Assembly: GCA_903901225.1 (NCBI GenBank)
Contig: CAIUQE010000031.1
Location: forward strand, 28,676 to 92,675
From: Candidatus Omnitrophota bacterium
GTDB taxonomy: Bacteria; Omnitrophota; Gorgyraeia; Zapsychrales; Fredricksoniimonadaceae
Length of the DNA: 64,000 nt
Direction: 5' to 3'
Part shown: positions 8,702 through 19,079 of the stretch, in pieces
How positions within the stretch are numbered: the stretch's first letter is position 1
How the letters are laid out: each line of letters opens with the position of its first letter
Program-made: the position numbers and the translations under genes
Notes under the pieces: generated by a model
Database searches by the model: none
Seen by the model: the letters and a program-made list of their open reading frames with translations, nothing else
Told to the model about the DNA's origin: nothing

Positions 8702-9599
8702 GCTGCGCGGGTCTGTTGCGGCGATCGGTGTTTTCGACGGGGTCCATCGCGGCCATCAGAAGGTCATTGCCCGCGCTGTCGCCGAAGCCCGGCGCCTGAA
8801 GCTCCTTTCTGTCGTGGTCACCTTTGATCCGCATCCCGTCCATGTGCTTTCTCCCGGGAAATTCCTGCCCCAAATAACGACGCTGGAACATCGCCTGCGC
8901 CTGATAGAAGGCCTCGGGGCCGATGTGTGCGTCGTGGTGAGGTTCAACCGCCGTTTCGCGGCGCAAAAGCCTGAAAAATTCGTACGGGAATTCCTGATCA
9001 AACAGCTGGGCGTTAAAAAAGTCGTCATCGGCCGTGATTTCCATTTTGGCCAAGCCGGCCAGGGGTCGGTGGACCTGTTGCGTTCGATGGAGGCCGCGGA
9101 TGGTTTTGTTGTCGAGCATTTGGGCATAGCCCGCTGTGCCGGTAAAAGCATAAAATCCACGTATATCCGAGAGCTTATCACCGCCGGGGATCTCGCCGCC
9201 GCGCGGCGGTTCCTGGCGCGGCCGCATGCTTTTCTGGGCAAGGTTGTCGGTGGCGATGCCCGCGGCCGGAAGCTCGGATACCGGACCGCGAATTTCGAAA
9301 AAGAAAACGTTATCATTCTGCCTTCCGGGATTTACCTGGTACGCGCGTCATGGGATAGAAGGACGGCGCATGGCCTCTGTTATATCGGCTGCCGGCCGAC
9401 CTTCAAACGCAGGGATGCCCGCATTATCCAGGAGCTGCATTTGCTTGATCATCAGGGTGATCTGTATGGCAAAATGATCTGCATGGAGTTCATCCGCAAG
9501 CTGCGGGATGACAGGAAGTTTCCCGACGAGAATTCTCTTACCGCGCAGATCGGGAAAGACGTGCGCAAGGCACGATCTTTCTTCAAAATAGCACGCTGA
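8664..9599 (+). CDS. ribF: bifunctional riboflavin kinase/FAD synthetase
   Basis: GVFDGVHRGH, TFDPHP, GRKLGYRTAN; start reassigned to MRRIF. Confidence 0.93.
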   Translation: MRRIFTTGTLAHKLRGSVAAIGVFDGVHRGHQKVIARAVAEARRLKLLSVVVTFDPHPVHVLSPGKFLPQITTLEHRLRLIEGLGADVCVVVRFNRRFAAQKPEKFVREFLIKQLGVKKVVIGRDFHFGQAGQGSVDLLRSMEAADGFVVEHLGIARCAGKSIKSTYIRELITAGDLAAARRFLARPHAFLGKVVGGDARGRKLGYRTANFEKENVIILPSGIYLVRASWDRRTAHGLCYIGCRPTFKRRDARIIQELHLLDHQGDLYGKMICMEFIRKLRDDRKFPDENSLTAQIGKDVRKARSFFKIAR

Positions 9600-9843
9600 A
9601 CCGCGCGCGTTGTTTTCGGCGATTTCCCGCCTCTTTTTTATTCCCGTCTTGTGTTATTTTCAGGTTTGCAAAGCCTCCGGTGGAGGGATTTGCGCGTTAA
9701 TTTTTGTGTTTTTTACAATCTTTGAACCGCACAACTCTTTCTCCCGCCCTGAACGCGTTACCTTCCTGTAGATACCGTTCCCGACGATAAAAGTGGTTAT
9801 TTTCCTTCCCGAAAAGGTATAAAAAAAAGAGCTTTTTATTTTA

Positions 9844-9907
9844 TTGACAGCCACTTGGGGCATCACTATACTTGTGGATGTCGGTGGAGGAAAGTGGTGT
9901 AAAGTGG
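9844..9907 (+). promoter_or_regulatory. dcw promoter with MraZ-binding repeats
   Basis: TTGACA(9844)-17 bp-TATACT(9867), followed by four GTGG boxes at a 10-bp period (9874, 9884, 9894, 9904). Confidence 0.85.
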
Positions 9908-9942
9908 TTTATACCGGTTTACAGGAAAAAGGCCCCGGTCCT

Positions 9943-10380
9943 ATGTTTTACGGTGAATACACACATACTCTCGATGATAAAGGACGGCTGATCTTGCCGG
10001 CGCGGTTCCGTGAGGTTGCCGAGCAGAACAGTGTCGGGAAATTCTTTGTCACCCGGGGTTTTGAGTCGTGCGTGTTCATGTTCGCCGAGGCGGAGTGGAA
10101 GCATTACGAGCAGAAATTCCGTGATGTGCCATTTACCAAGCACGACGGGCGCACGTTCAACCGCATGTTCTTCTCGGGCGCTGTCGATGTCCTGCCCGAT
10201 AAACAGGGCCGGTTCATTATCCCTCAGTACCTCAAGGATTTCGCCGGCATCAAGGACAAGAGCATCATCATCGGTGTTTCCAACCGCATCGAGATATGGG
10301 CGCAGGATCGCTGGCAGGAATATTTCGAGAAGTCCAGCAAGCTTTTTGAACAGACGGCGGAAAACATTTTAAACCTGTAA
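9943..10380 (+). CDS. mraZ: division/cell wall cluster regulator MraZ
   Basis: MFYGEY.HTLDDKGR, DKQGRF.IP, NRIEIW. Confidence 0.95.
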   Translation: MFYGEYTHTLDDKGRLILPARFREVAEQNSVGKFFVTRGFESCVFMFAEAEWKHYEQKFRDVPFTKHDGRTFNRMFFSGAVDVLPDKQGRFIIPQYLKDFAGIKDKSIIIGVSNRIEIWAQDRWQEYFEKSSKLFEQTAENILNL

Positions 10381-10411
10381 GGGCTGGTAAAACCAATTTC
10401 AAGGAGGGGAC

Positions 10412-10699
10412 ATGGATACGACAACGCATCAGAAACTGATCTTCAGGCACATGATCGAACTGCCGCACTGCGAATGTGTTTTCTGCTCGACCCAGGAAGA
10501 GCAGACCGGGCGCACGCGCCTGTTCCTTGTTTTCAAGGAACGCCAGAAAGTCTACATGCGCAACGGCATCAAGGGCAACTGGGAAGAGGTTTCGAATCCC
10601 GAAGAGCACAATGCCGTGTGGGACGGTTTCGAGCAGGCGGTCATGGAACGTAAAGTCCCGAGTTTTGTCGCTTCGTCGAATGACCTGGCGCAGCTTTGA
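10412..10699 (+). CDS. hypothetical protein with HCxCxxC motif
   Basis: Strong RBS AAGGAGGG, host-like codon usage, 95 aa between mraZ and rsmH. Confidence 0.75.
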   Translation: MDTTTHQKLIFRHMIELPHCECVFCSTQEEQTGRTRLFLVFKERQKVYMRNGIKGNWEEVSNPEEHNAVWDGFEQAVMERKVPSFVASSNDLAQL

Positions 10700-10720
10700 T
10701 CACGCATATATTTCAACCCT

Positions 10721-11626
10721 ATGACAGATAAAGCGCGGCATATTCCTGTGATGCTTCAGGAAGTGGAGGCATTGCTGGGGCTCAAAGCGGGCGCGGTGGC
10801 AGTGGATGGCACGCTGGGTTTGGGCGGGCACGCGGCCATGATGGCCGGCAGGATCGGCACTGAGGGGCGGTTGATCGGGATCGATCAGGACGCGGCGGCG
10901 ATCAAAATAGCGCGCGCGGGATTATCCGGCTTCAAGGGCCGCCTGGATATCGTTAAAAGCAATTTCAGCAGGCTGGATGAGGTCCTGGCGGGGTTGGACG
11001 CGGGGGCGGTCGATGCCATCTTGTTCGACCTGGGGGTTTCGAGTCTTCAATTGGATGAGCCTTCAAGGGGTTTCAGTTTTCGTCATGACGGGCCGTTGGA
11101 TATGCGCATGGATGCCGACGCGCCTGTATCCGCGGAAGAGATCGTGAACGACTTCTCTGAGGAAGAGCTGGCTGACCTGATATTTGATTACGGTGAAGAA
11201 AGGTTCTCGCGACGGATTGCGCGGCATATCGTCGCGGCCCGCGCGGGCGAGCGGATCACGCGGACGGGCCAGCTGGCCGACATTGTCCTGAGGGCTTTGC
11301 CCGGCGGTGCCCGCCACGCGCACAAGCGCCTGCATCCCGCCACGCGGACGTTCCAGGCGCTGCGGATCGCGGTGAACCGTGAACTTGATGTGCTCAACGA
11401 GGTCCTTGGTCAGGGGTTAAAGAATTTGAAGGTCGGCGGGCGCATGGCGGTGATCTCCTTCCATTCACTGGAGGACAGGATCGTCAAGACCAGGTTCAAG
11501 GCATGGGCGGTTGAAGGCGCCGTCAGGTTATTAACAAAAAAACCGTTGCAACCGGCAGATGCTGAGGCCGCGGATAATCCACGGGCCCGCAGCGCCCGGT
11601 TAAGGGTTTGCGAAAGGATAAGTTAG
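10721..11626 (+). CDS. rsmH: 16S rRNA C1402 N4-methyltransferase
   Basis: HIPVML, DGTLGLGGH, DLGVSS.QLD, FHSLEDRIVK, NPRARSA. Confidence 0.96.
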   Translation: MTDKARHIPVMLQEVEALLGLKAGAVAVDGTLGLGGHAAMMAGRIGTEGRLIGIDQDAAAIKIARAGLSGFKGRLDIVKSNFSRLDEVLAGLDAGAVDAILFDLGVSSLQLDEPSRGFSFRHDGPLDMRMDADAPVSAEEIVNDFSEEELADLIFDYGEERFSRRIARHIVAARAGERITRTGQLADIVLRALPGGARHAHKRLHPATRTFQALRIAVNRELDVLNEVLGQGLKNLKVGGRMAVISFHSLEDRIVKTRFKAWAVEGAVRLLTKKPLQPADAEAADNPRARSARLRVCERIS

Positions 11627-11627
11627 G

Positions 11628-11975
11628 ATGGGGCATTTTCTCAAAGGCATGGCCGTTGTCACCGTGATGGCGCTGCTTTACATCCATCTGCAGATGAATA
11701 TCTATACCCTGGCTTACCAGGGCAAGAAGAAAGAGGCCCATATCGAAAAACTGGCGGAAAGCAACGCGGCCGTTAAGAATGACATCCTTCGCCTGAAATC
11801 GTCGGACAATATCGGCCGGGCCCTCCTGGCCAAGGAAAAAACATATCAGTTCGCCAGTCGCAGCAATGTGATCGAGGTTGAAGCGCAGGGGCCCGTGGCA
11901 ACGATCCTTTCCCGCGTGCAGAGCGGGCAGGGAGCGCTGAGCCGCGCGATGACCCTGGCGTTCTCGGCACATTAA
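11628..11975 (+). CDS. ftsL: FtsL-like cell division protein
   Basis: N-terminal TM plus coiled coil; located between rsmH and ftsI. Confidence 0.65.
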   Translation: MGHFLKGMAVVTVMALLYIHLQMNIYTLAYQGKKKEAHIEKLAESNAAVKNDILRLKSSDNIGRALLAKEKTYQFASRSNVIEVEAQGPVATILSRVQSGQGALSRAMTLAFSAH

Positions 11976-12094
11976 CCCGGATTTTGCTTAGGCAAAATTC
12001 CGGTGAAATTTAAATGTTTTTACTTCTCATCCTTCCGAATTAAATTAGAATTATTTTAATAAGTATAAATAACAATTAAAAAAGTTTTGCGGCC

Positions 12095-13837
12095 TTGCAC
12101 TTCCAAAAACATCCCACACGTGTCGCGTTCATTTTTTTCACATTCCTGTTATGTATTATCCTGTTCTTTATCAAACTTGCCCTGATCCAGATATTTCGCG
12201 TTGATTATCTCGCGGAAAAGGCGGAGAAACAGCATAATCATATTGTTGAACTTGAGCCGTTGCGGGGGTCAATTTTTGACCGTAATATGCGCCCTCTGGC
12301 GATCAATGTCGGGGCGTATTCTCTCTTTGCCAATCCGCGCATGATGACCGACGCGCAGAAGGCCGCGGCTGTCAGCGCGATCGTCAAGGTCATGGGCGGC
12401 GATCCTTCGGCTTATGCCAGGGATCTCGCGAAAGAAAAACATTTCGTGTGGGTGGCCCGCAAGATCTCGACCGCGCAATATGAACAGCTCAAGGGCCTCA
12501 AGGCGCAGGGGCTGGGTTTTGTGAAGGAGAGCAAGAGATTCTACCCGGATAATGACCTTGCGGCGCATCTGATGGGATTCGTGAACATCGATAACGCGGG
12601 ACTTCAGGGGATTGAACTTGAATATGACAAGCATTTGCGCGGAGCCAAGGGAATGGCGCAGTTCCTGCGCGACGCGCGCATGCGGGACCTGATGATCGAA
12701 AAAGATTTTGTGGCGCCCCGGGACGGGGGCCAGGTCGTCCTGACCATCGATGAAACGATCCAGTTCATTGCCGAGAAGGCCCTGGACAAGGCTTTCCAAA
12801 AATATCACGCGGCGAGCGCGTCGGTCATTGTGCTTGACCCTAAGACCGGCGAGGTGCTGGCTTTTGCCAACCGCCCTGATTTTGACCTGGAGCATCCCAA
12901 TGCCACGCCACCGGAGAACATGACGAACAGGGCGGTGGCCTTCACCTATGAACCGGGTTCCGTGTTCAAGATCGTCACCGCGTCGGCAGGCCTTGAAGAA
13001 AAAGCTTTTAAGGAGGAAGACACCATATTTTGTGAGAATGGCGCGTACAGGGTTGCCAATCATACCCTTCACGACCATGAGCCTTTGGGGCTGCTGACGT
13101 ACCGCCAGGTCGTGGAGCATTCGAGCAACATCGGTGTGACCAAGATCGCCCAGAGGCTAGGGCCTGAAAAGGTGTATGCCTATGCCCGCCGGTTCCATTT
13201 CGGGGTCAAGACCGGCATAGGCATGGTGGGTGAGGTTGGAGGGATGCTCAAGCCCGTGTCACGCTGGTCGAAAACATCGATCGGCGCGATCCCCATCGGG
13301 CAGGAAGTGACCGTGACCCCGCTGCAGCTGGTTTGCGCCATTGCGGCGATCGCCAATGACGGACGCTATATGAAGCCGTATTATGTGAAGGCGGTCAAGG
13401 ACCCTTCGGGGCGGGTGATCAGGGAATTTCAGCCCCAGCCCGGAGACCAGGTCATTAGCGAGGATACCGCGCGCCGCATGAAAAGTATCCTGCAGGGCGT
13501 TGTCGACGAGGGGACCGCGACAGCCGCTAAAATGAAGGATATCACGGCGGGCGGGAAGACCGGGACGGCGCAGAAGGTCGAGAACGGCACTTATTCGCAT
13601 AGCAAATTCGTGGCGTCATTCATCGGGTTCGCCCCCGTCGATGACCCCAAGCTGGCCATTGTGGTGACGGTAGACACGCCGCATCCTGTTTATTACGGCG
13701 GCCTTGTTTCGGCTCCGGTTTTCAAAGAGATCGTCGAGAATTCTCTCAGGTATCTCGCGAGCCTTTCAAGCATGGCGAGCGCAGCGAACACAGCGAACGC
13801 GGCCGGAAAACCGGTCCAACAGATAAAGAAACCGTAA
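12095..13837 (+). CDS. ftsI: class B penicillin-binding protein (FtsI/PBP3)
   Basis: RGSIFDRN, EPGSVFK (SxxK), SSN, KTGTAQ. Confidence 0.92.
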   Translation: MHFQKHPTRVAFIFFTFLLCIILFFIKLALIQIFRVDYLAEKAEKQHNHIVELEPLRGSIFDRNMRPLAINVGAYSLFANPRMMTDAQKAAAVSAIVKVMGGDPSAYARDLAKEKHFVWVARKISTAQYEQLKGLKAQGLGFVKESKRFYPDNDLAAHLMGFVNIDNAGLQGIELEYDKHLRGAKGMAQFLRDARMRDLMIEKDFVAPRDGGQVVLTIDETIQFIAEKALDKAFQKYHAASASVIVLDPKTGEVLAFANRPDFDLEHPNATPPENMTNRAVAFTYEPGSVFKIVTASAGLEEKAFKEEDTIFCENGAYRVANHTLHDHEPLGLLTYRQVVEHSSNIGVTKIAQRLGPEKVYAYARRFHFGVKTGIGMVGEVGGMLKPVSRWSKTSIGAIPIGQEVTVTPLQLVCAIAAIANDGRYMKPYYVKAVKDPSGRVIREFQPQPGDQVISEDTARRMKSILQGVVDEGTATAAKMKDITAGGKTGTAQKVENGTYSHSKFVASFIGFAPVDDPKLAIVVTVDTPHPVYYGGLVSAPVFKEIVENSLRYLASLSSMASAANTANAAGKPVQQIKKP

Positions 13838-13838
13838 A

Positions 13839-15314
13839 ATGACCCTTGAATACCTGCTCGATGGAGTGTTATGTTCCGGAAGTCTTGGCGGCGCGGCCGG
13901 GCAAGAAATACCTGCGGTATGGGATGATTCCCGCCGCGTGACCCCGGGGAGCCTGTTCGCCGCTTTGTCGCCGGTCAGTGACGCGACCCGTGATGGCGCG
14001 GCGTTCATTCCCGATGCCGTGGCCCGGGGGGCCGTGGCGGTCATTGTTGCCGATGGCCATGCCGATACCTTGCGGGGCCGTTTTCCGGGGGTGGCTTTTA
14101 TTCCCGCGCAAGATCCGCGCGCCGCGTTCCGCCGTGTCGCGGAGCGTTTTTACGGGAAACCGTCGCGCAACGTGCGCGTGCTCGGCGTGACCGGGACCAA
14201 CGGCAAGACGACGATCACCTATTTCCTGGAATCGATCATCAAAGCGGCAGGCCGGCGCAGTGGCGTGCTGGGGACGGTCAATCAACGCGTGGGCGAGAGG
14301 GTGCTCCCTTCCAAGAACACGACCCCCGGCTTGCTGGACAACCAGATATTTCTCGCCGGGCTCGCGCGTGAGGGTGTTGATTACGCGGTCATGGAGGTGT
14401 CATCTCACGCGCTGGCCCAGCAACGCGTGGATCTTATCGATTTCCGCTGTGCCGTGTTCACGAACCTGACCGGGGATCATCTTGATTTTCACGGGACCAT
14501 GGAAGCGTATTTTCAGGCCAAGGCCGGATTGTTCGCCGGGCTGTCGCCGGAGGCGTGCGCGGTGATCAACGTGGATGATGCTTATGGCCGTCGCCTGGCG
14601 GCTATGACACGGGCCAGGGTCATTACCTGCGGGATGTCCCCTTCGGCGGATGTCAGCGCCCATATCGAGGAGGTTTCACTGGCCGGCACGCGTTTCAGGG
14701 TGCGGTTCTTCGGCCGGGAGATCACCCTCACGACGCATTTCATCGGCACGCATAATATCCATAATATCCTCGGCGCGTTCGCGGCCGGGATCGGCGAGGG
14801 CTTTTCTCCCGAGATTATCCGTGACGGTATCGGATCGCTCACGTGTGTTCCGGGCCGGCTGGAGAGGGTCGACGCGGGGCAGGATTTTTGCGTGTTCATC
14901 GACTACGCGCATACCGATGACGGGTTGAAGAATGTCCTCGCGTGCCTCAAGACGGTCCCGCACAACAGGCTCATTGTGGTGTTCGGCTGCGGCGGTGATC
15001 GTGACCGCACCAAGCGCCCGCGGATGGGCAGGATCGCTTCTGAACTCGCGGACCATGCGATCCTCACGTCGGATAATCCGCGCTCTGAAGACCCGCGGGC
15101 CATCATTGATGAGATCGTGCCGGGGTTTACGGGCAGCACGTATGAGATCGTCCCTGACCGCGCGGCGGCTATCGCCCGCGCGCTCGCGCTGGCGGGCAAG
15201 GATGACATCGTGCTCCTGGCGGGGAAAGGCCATGAGACCACGCAGGTGCTCAAGGACCGGACCGTTGAATTTGTGGAAAAGGATATTGTCTTCAAACTTC
15301 TGAAAGGGAAGTGA
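13839..15314 (+). CDS. murE: UDP-MurNAc-tripeptide synthetase (meso-DAP type)
   Basis: GVTGTNGKTT, MEVSSH, DYAHT, DNPR specificity motif. Confidence 0.96.
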   Translation: MTLEYLLDGVLCSGSLGGAAGQEIPAVWDDSRRVTPGSLFAALSPVSDATRDGAAFIPDAVARGAVAVIVADGHADTLRGRFPGVAFIPAQDPRAAFRRVAERFYGKPSRNVRVLGVTGTNGKTTITYFLESIIKAAGRRSGVLGTVNQRVGERVLPSKNTTPGLLDNQIFLAGLAREGVDYAVMEVSSHALAQQRVDLIDFRCAVFTNLTGDHLDFHGTMEAYFQAKAGLFAGLSPEACAVINVDDAYGRRLAAMTRARVITCGMSPSADVSAHIEEVSLAGTRFRVRFFGREITLTTHFIGTHNIHNILGAFAAGIGEGFSPEIIRDGIGSLTCVPGRLERVDAGQDFCVFIDYAHTDDGLKNVLACLKTVPHNRLIVVFGCGGDRDRTKRPRMGRIASELADHAILTSDNPRSEDPRAIIDEIVPGFTGSTYEIVPDRAAAIARALALAGKDDIVLLAGKGHETTQVLKDRTVEFVEKDIVFKLLKGK

Positions 15315-15323
15315 CGCCGGAAT

Positions 15324-16700
15324 ATGCCGTCTTTTACGCTGGATGAGATATTGGAATGCACGGGGGGGATGCTCCTGACGGGCCGTGGCGGGCGTTGCCG
15401 GGTGTCAGGCGTGTCGACGGACACCCGCACCATCCGGCCCAACCAGCTTTTCATTGCCATCAAGGGGGAGAATTTTGACGGGCATGATTTTCTGTTCAAA
15501 GCCGTGAAGCTGGGCGCCACCATGCTGCTGGTCAGCCGCGCGGATGCGCCCAGGCCGCGGGGTGCTGTGATCGTCCTCGTCAAGGACACGGTCGACGCGC
15601 TGGGCGCTGTTGCCCGGCATCACCGCTTGCGCTTTCCGATCCCGCTCATCGCCATTACAGGCAGCGCGGGCAAGACATCGACCAAGGAACTTGTCGCCGC
15701 GGTCCTGCGCCGGAAATACCGGGTGCTTTTTAACAAAGGCACGTTCAACAACCAGATCGGGGTCCCGTCGACCTTGCTCAAGCTGACCCGCCGCCATGAG
15801 ATGGCGGTCGTTGAGCTGGGGACGAACCATCCGGGTGAGATCGCGTGGCTCGCGCGCCATGCCTGTCCGACGGTGGCTGTTTTTACCAATGTCGGCGCGT
15901 CGCATCTCGAGGGACTGGGGAGCCTTGCAGGGGTTTATAAGGAAAAAGCCGCTTTGCTTGCATTCCTCCCCGACAACGGCGGTGTTATCCTCAACGCGGA
16001 TGATCTTTATTGGCGAAAACTTTTAGGCAGGCGATCCAGCCGCAAGATGGTCTCTTACGGTATGCATGCGAAGGCCGACATCAGGGCCTTGTCCGTTATT
16101 CCGGGTCCGGCAGGCCTTCATTTCAGGACCGGCCACGGCCATCATTTTTCGGTGAAAAGTTTTTCACCCGGTGGGGTGTATAATGCCCTGGCCGCGATCG
16201 CGTGCGGAAGGTTCTTTGGTGTTCCTGAAGGTCAGATCGTTGACGCGGTCCGGTCCACGAGACCCGCGAAGGGGCGGCAATGTTCCTTCAAGGCTGGCGG
16301 TGTCACCGTGATCGATGACACGTATAACGCGAATCCGGTCTCTTACATGAACGCCCTGCAGTTATTTCACGCGCCCCGACGTGGAAAGGCCATCCTTGTG
16401 GCCGGGGACATGCTCGAACTGGGGGCGTCTTCCGATGCACTGCACGCCGATGTGGGTAAAGCCGCGGCGGCGGCAGGGGTCGATGTCCTTTTGACCTATG
16501 GCCGCGGGGCGAAGCTGATCGGCGAGGCTTCCCGGCGGATCAGGCCGCGGAGCGAGTGGCGGCATGCCGGGGATCAGGACGCGTTGACAGCGGCGCTCAA
16601 AAAGATATTGCGCCCGGGCGATGTCCTGCTGGTCAAAGGGTCGCGCGGGATGCGGATGGAAAAAGTTGTCCGGGATATCACGGTTTTCTTGAAAGGGTAA
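15324..16700 (+). CDS. murF: UDP-MurNAc-tripeptide--D-Ala-D-Ala ligase
   Basis: TGSAGKTSTKE, DDTYNANP, GDMLELG, VKGSRG. Confidence 0.96.
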   Translation: MPSFTLDEILECTGGMLLTGRGGRCRVSGVSTDTRTIRPNQLFIAIKGENFDGHDFLFKAVKLGATMLLVSRADAPRPRGAVIVLVKDTVDALGAVARHHRLRFPIPLIAITGSAGKTSTKELVAAVLRRKYRVLFNKGTFNNQIGVPSTLLKLTRRHEMAVVELGTNHPGEIAWLARHACPTVAVFTNVGASHLEGLGSLAGVYKEKAALLAFLPDNGGVILNADDLYWRKLLGRRSSRKMVSYGMHAKADIRALSVIPGPAGLHFRTGHGHHFSVKSFSPGGVYNALAAIACGRFFGVPEGQIVDAVRSTRPAKGRQCSFKAGGVTVIDDTYNANPVSYMNALQLFHAPRRGKAILVAGDMLELGASSDALHADVGKAAAAAGVDVLLTYGRGAKLIGEASRRIRPRSEWRHAGDQDALTAALKKILRPGDVLLVKGSRGMRMEKVVRDITVFLKG

Positions 16701-16704
16701 AACG

Positions 16705-17796
16705 ATGTTCTATTATCTGTCGCTCTTGCGGTATGAATTTTTCCCGTTGAACATTTTCAAATACATCACGTTCAGGGCCGGCATGGCCGCGGTGACGACA
16801 TTCCTGATCTGCATCATTGTCGGTCCCTGGTTCATCCGCAAGCTGCGGGAATGGGGGATGGGTGAGAAGCCGGTGCTGGGCGCGGGGCGCGGGCAGGTGC
16901 TGGGGGAAGAATTGAAGTCCAAGCACGGGACGCCCACGATGGGCGGGATCCTTATCATCGGCAGCATCCTTGTGTCGGTCTTTTTATGGGCTGACTTGCA
17001 GAACCCTTTTGTCCTGTTGACGATGTTGACCGCGGTGTGGCTGGCGGTGCTCGGGTTCTTCGATGATTACCTGAAACTTTCGGGACGGTGCAAGAACGGA
17101 TTAAGGGCGCGCACGAAAATGATGTGGCAGGTCTTACTTGCCGCTCTTGTGGGTTTTTTCATGTATACCCAGTTGCACGTGGCGACCACGCTGGACGTGC
17201 CATTCTTCAAGAATATCGTCATAGACCTGGGGGCGTTCTATACGCTTTTTGTCATGGTCATTGTGGTTGGCACGTCGAACGCGGTGAACCTGACGGACGG
17301 CCTGGATGGCCTGGCCATTGGCGCGACGCTCATGGTGGCCATAACCTTAGGGATACTGTGTTATATCAGCGGCAACATTAATTTCAGCCAATACCTCTTC
17401 ATCCCTTACTTGCCCGGTACCGGTGAATTGATGGTATTTTGTTCGGCCATCGTGGGGGCCAGCCTGGGGTTCCTGTGGTTCAACGCGCATCCGGCTGATA
17501 TTTTCATGGGCGATGTGGGGGCCTTGTCGCTCGGCGGGACGCTCGGCATCATCGCGGTGTTCATCAAGAAGGAACTGCTCCTGGGTATCGTCGGCGGGGT
17601 GTTTGTGTGGGAGGCCTTGTCCGTCATCCTGCAGGTGGCGTCCTACAAATTCACGGGCAAGAGGATATTCCTGTGTTCGCCGTATCACCATCACCTGCAG
17701 AAGTTGAATTGGAAGGAATCAAAGATCGTGATCCGTTTCTGGATCGTGGGGATCATCCTCGCGCTGTTGACGCTCACGACATTGAAAATTCGCTAG
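16705..17796 (+). CDS. mraY: phospho-MurNAc-pentapeptide transferase
   Basis: GTPTMGG, NAVNLTDGLDGL, FMGDVG, PYHHH. Confidence 0.97.
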   Translation: MFYYLSLLRYEFFPLNIFKYITFRAGMAAVTTFLICIIVGPWFIRKLREWGMGEKPVLGAGRGQVLGEELKSKHGTPTMGGILIIGSILVSVFLWADLQNPFVLLTMLTAVWLAVLGFFDDYLKLSGRCKNGLRARTKMMWQVLLAALVGFFMYTQLHVATTLDVPFFKNIVIDLGAFYTLFVMVIVVGTSNAVNLTDGLDGLAIGATLMVAITLGILCYISGNINFSQYLFIPYLPGTGELMVFCSAIVGASLGFLWFNAHPADIFMGDVGALSLGGTLGIIAVFIKKELLLGIVGGVFVWEALSVILQVASYKFTGKRIFLCSPYHHHLQKLNWKESKIVIRFWIVGIILALLTLTTLKIR

Positions 17797-17828
17797 TTTT
17801 TGGTTGGGATCGTTGGGGGAGAGGTCGT

Positions 17829-19079
17829 ATGGATCTTGTCGGAAAAAAAATCACTATCGTCGGAGCCGCGCGCAGCGGCATCGCGGCGGCTGAACTTGTT
17901 ATCCGGTCCGGCGGTGTGGCGCAGATCACGGATACCAAGCCCGCGGCCGATATCGAACGGGCCCTGGCCGGGTTGCAGGACCGGGCCAGTGTCAGGGTTG
18001 AGGCCGGCGCGCACACGCGGGAATTCCTTGAAGGGTCGGACCTTGTTGTGGCCAGTCCCGGTGTCTGGAAGGACGCCTTGCCCCTGCAGTCGGCGAGGGA
18101 GATGGGTATCCCTGTCTGGGGTGAGATCGAATTTGCCTGGCGCTTCTGCACAAAGCCGGTCATCGCGGTGACGGGGTCTAACGGCAAGACGACCACGGTC
18201 ACGCTCATCGCGCATGTCCTTAATGCCGCCGGCAAGAAGGCGGTCCTGTGCGGTAATGTGGGCACCCCCTTTGCCCGGCATGTCCTTACGCCTGATGTGG
18301 ATTATTTCGTGGTTGAGATCAGCTCTTTCCAGCTTGAACTGATCGAAACGTTCCGCCCGCATATCGCCGTGCTGACGAACTTCAGCCAGAACCACCTGGA
18401 CCGTCATCCGGACATGCAGGATTATTTTAACGCCAAGCAGCGCCTTTTCATGAACCAGGCGCCGTCGGATTTCGCCGTGCTCAATGCCCGTGATCCGTGG
18501 GCGCGCAAGATCAGGGGGCGGGGCAGGGTGGTATTGTTCAACAAAGAAGGGGAAACAGAGAATCCCAATTATCTCGCGGTGCTTGAAGTTGCCCGGATCG
18601 CCGGTATTCCCGATGATGTGGCGTTCAAGGTTTTTGAAGCGTTCCAGGGTGTGGAGCATCGCACGGAGAAAGTCCGTGTCGTTAACGGTGTTGAATATAT
18701 CAATGACTCGAAATCGACCAATGTCGAGGCCGGGTTGTGGGCCCTGACGCGCGTGCAGGGGCCTTTGATCATGATCTGCGGCGGGCACGACAAGGGGAAA
18801 TTCGATTTCTCCGGCGTTCAAGAGCTTGTCAGGGAGAAGGTCACGAAAATGATCGTTCTGACGCGTGAGGATGTGGTGCGCGCGAAATTGCACGCGGCGT
18901 TCGATGGCGTGGTCCCTCTTGAGGATCACACCGATATGGGCGAGGCCGTGCGCGCGGCCGCGGGCCAGGCGAGGCAGGGTGACAGGGTCTTGCTCAGTCC
19001 CATGTTCCCCAGTTTTGACATGTTCAATGATTTCGAGCACCGGGGGCGGGTTTTTAAGGAGGCGGTCAGGAGCTTATGA
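17829..19079 (+). CDS. murD: UDP-MurNAc-L-Ala--D-Glu ligase
   Basis: GAARSG, VTGSNGKTT, EISSFQL, NDSKSTN; ATG 17829 after GGAGAGG. Confidence 0.95.
   Translation: MDLVGKKITIVGAARSGIAAAELVIRSGGVAQITDTKPAADIERALAGLQDRASVRVEAGAHTREFLEGSDLVVASPGVWKDALPLQSAREMGIPVWGEIEFAWRFCTKPVIAVTGSNGKTTTVTLIAHVLNAAGKKAVLCGNVGTPFARHVLTPDVDYFVVEISSFQLELIETFRPHIAVLTNFSQNHLDRHPDMQDYFNAKQRLFMNQAPSDFAVLNARDPWARKIRGRGRVVLFNKEGETENPNYLAVLEVARIAGIPDDVAFKVFEAFQGVEHRTEKVRVVNGVEYINDSKSTNVEAGLWALTRVQGPLIMICGGHDKGKFDFSGVQELVREKVTKMIVLTREDVVRAKLHAAFDGVVPLEDHTDMGEAVRAAAGQARQGDRVLLSPMFPSFDMFNDFEHRGRVFKEAVRSL

Noticed and set aside
9668-9693. c-di-GMP-I riboswitch (GCAAAGCCTCCGG match)
   Set aside because: The upstream GNRA-capped stem and the rest of the aptamer are missing; the sequence forms its own simple hairpin upstream of the mraZ promoter.
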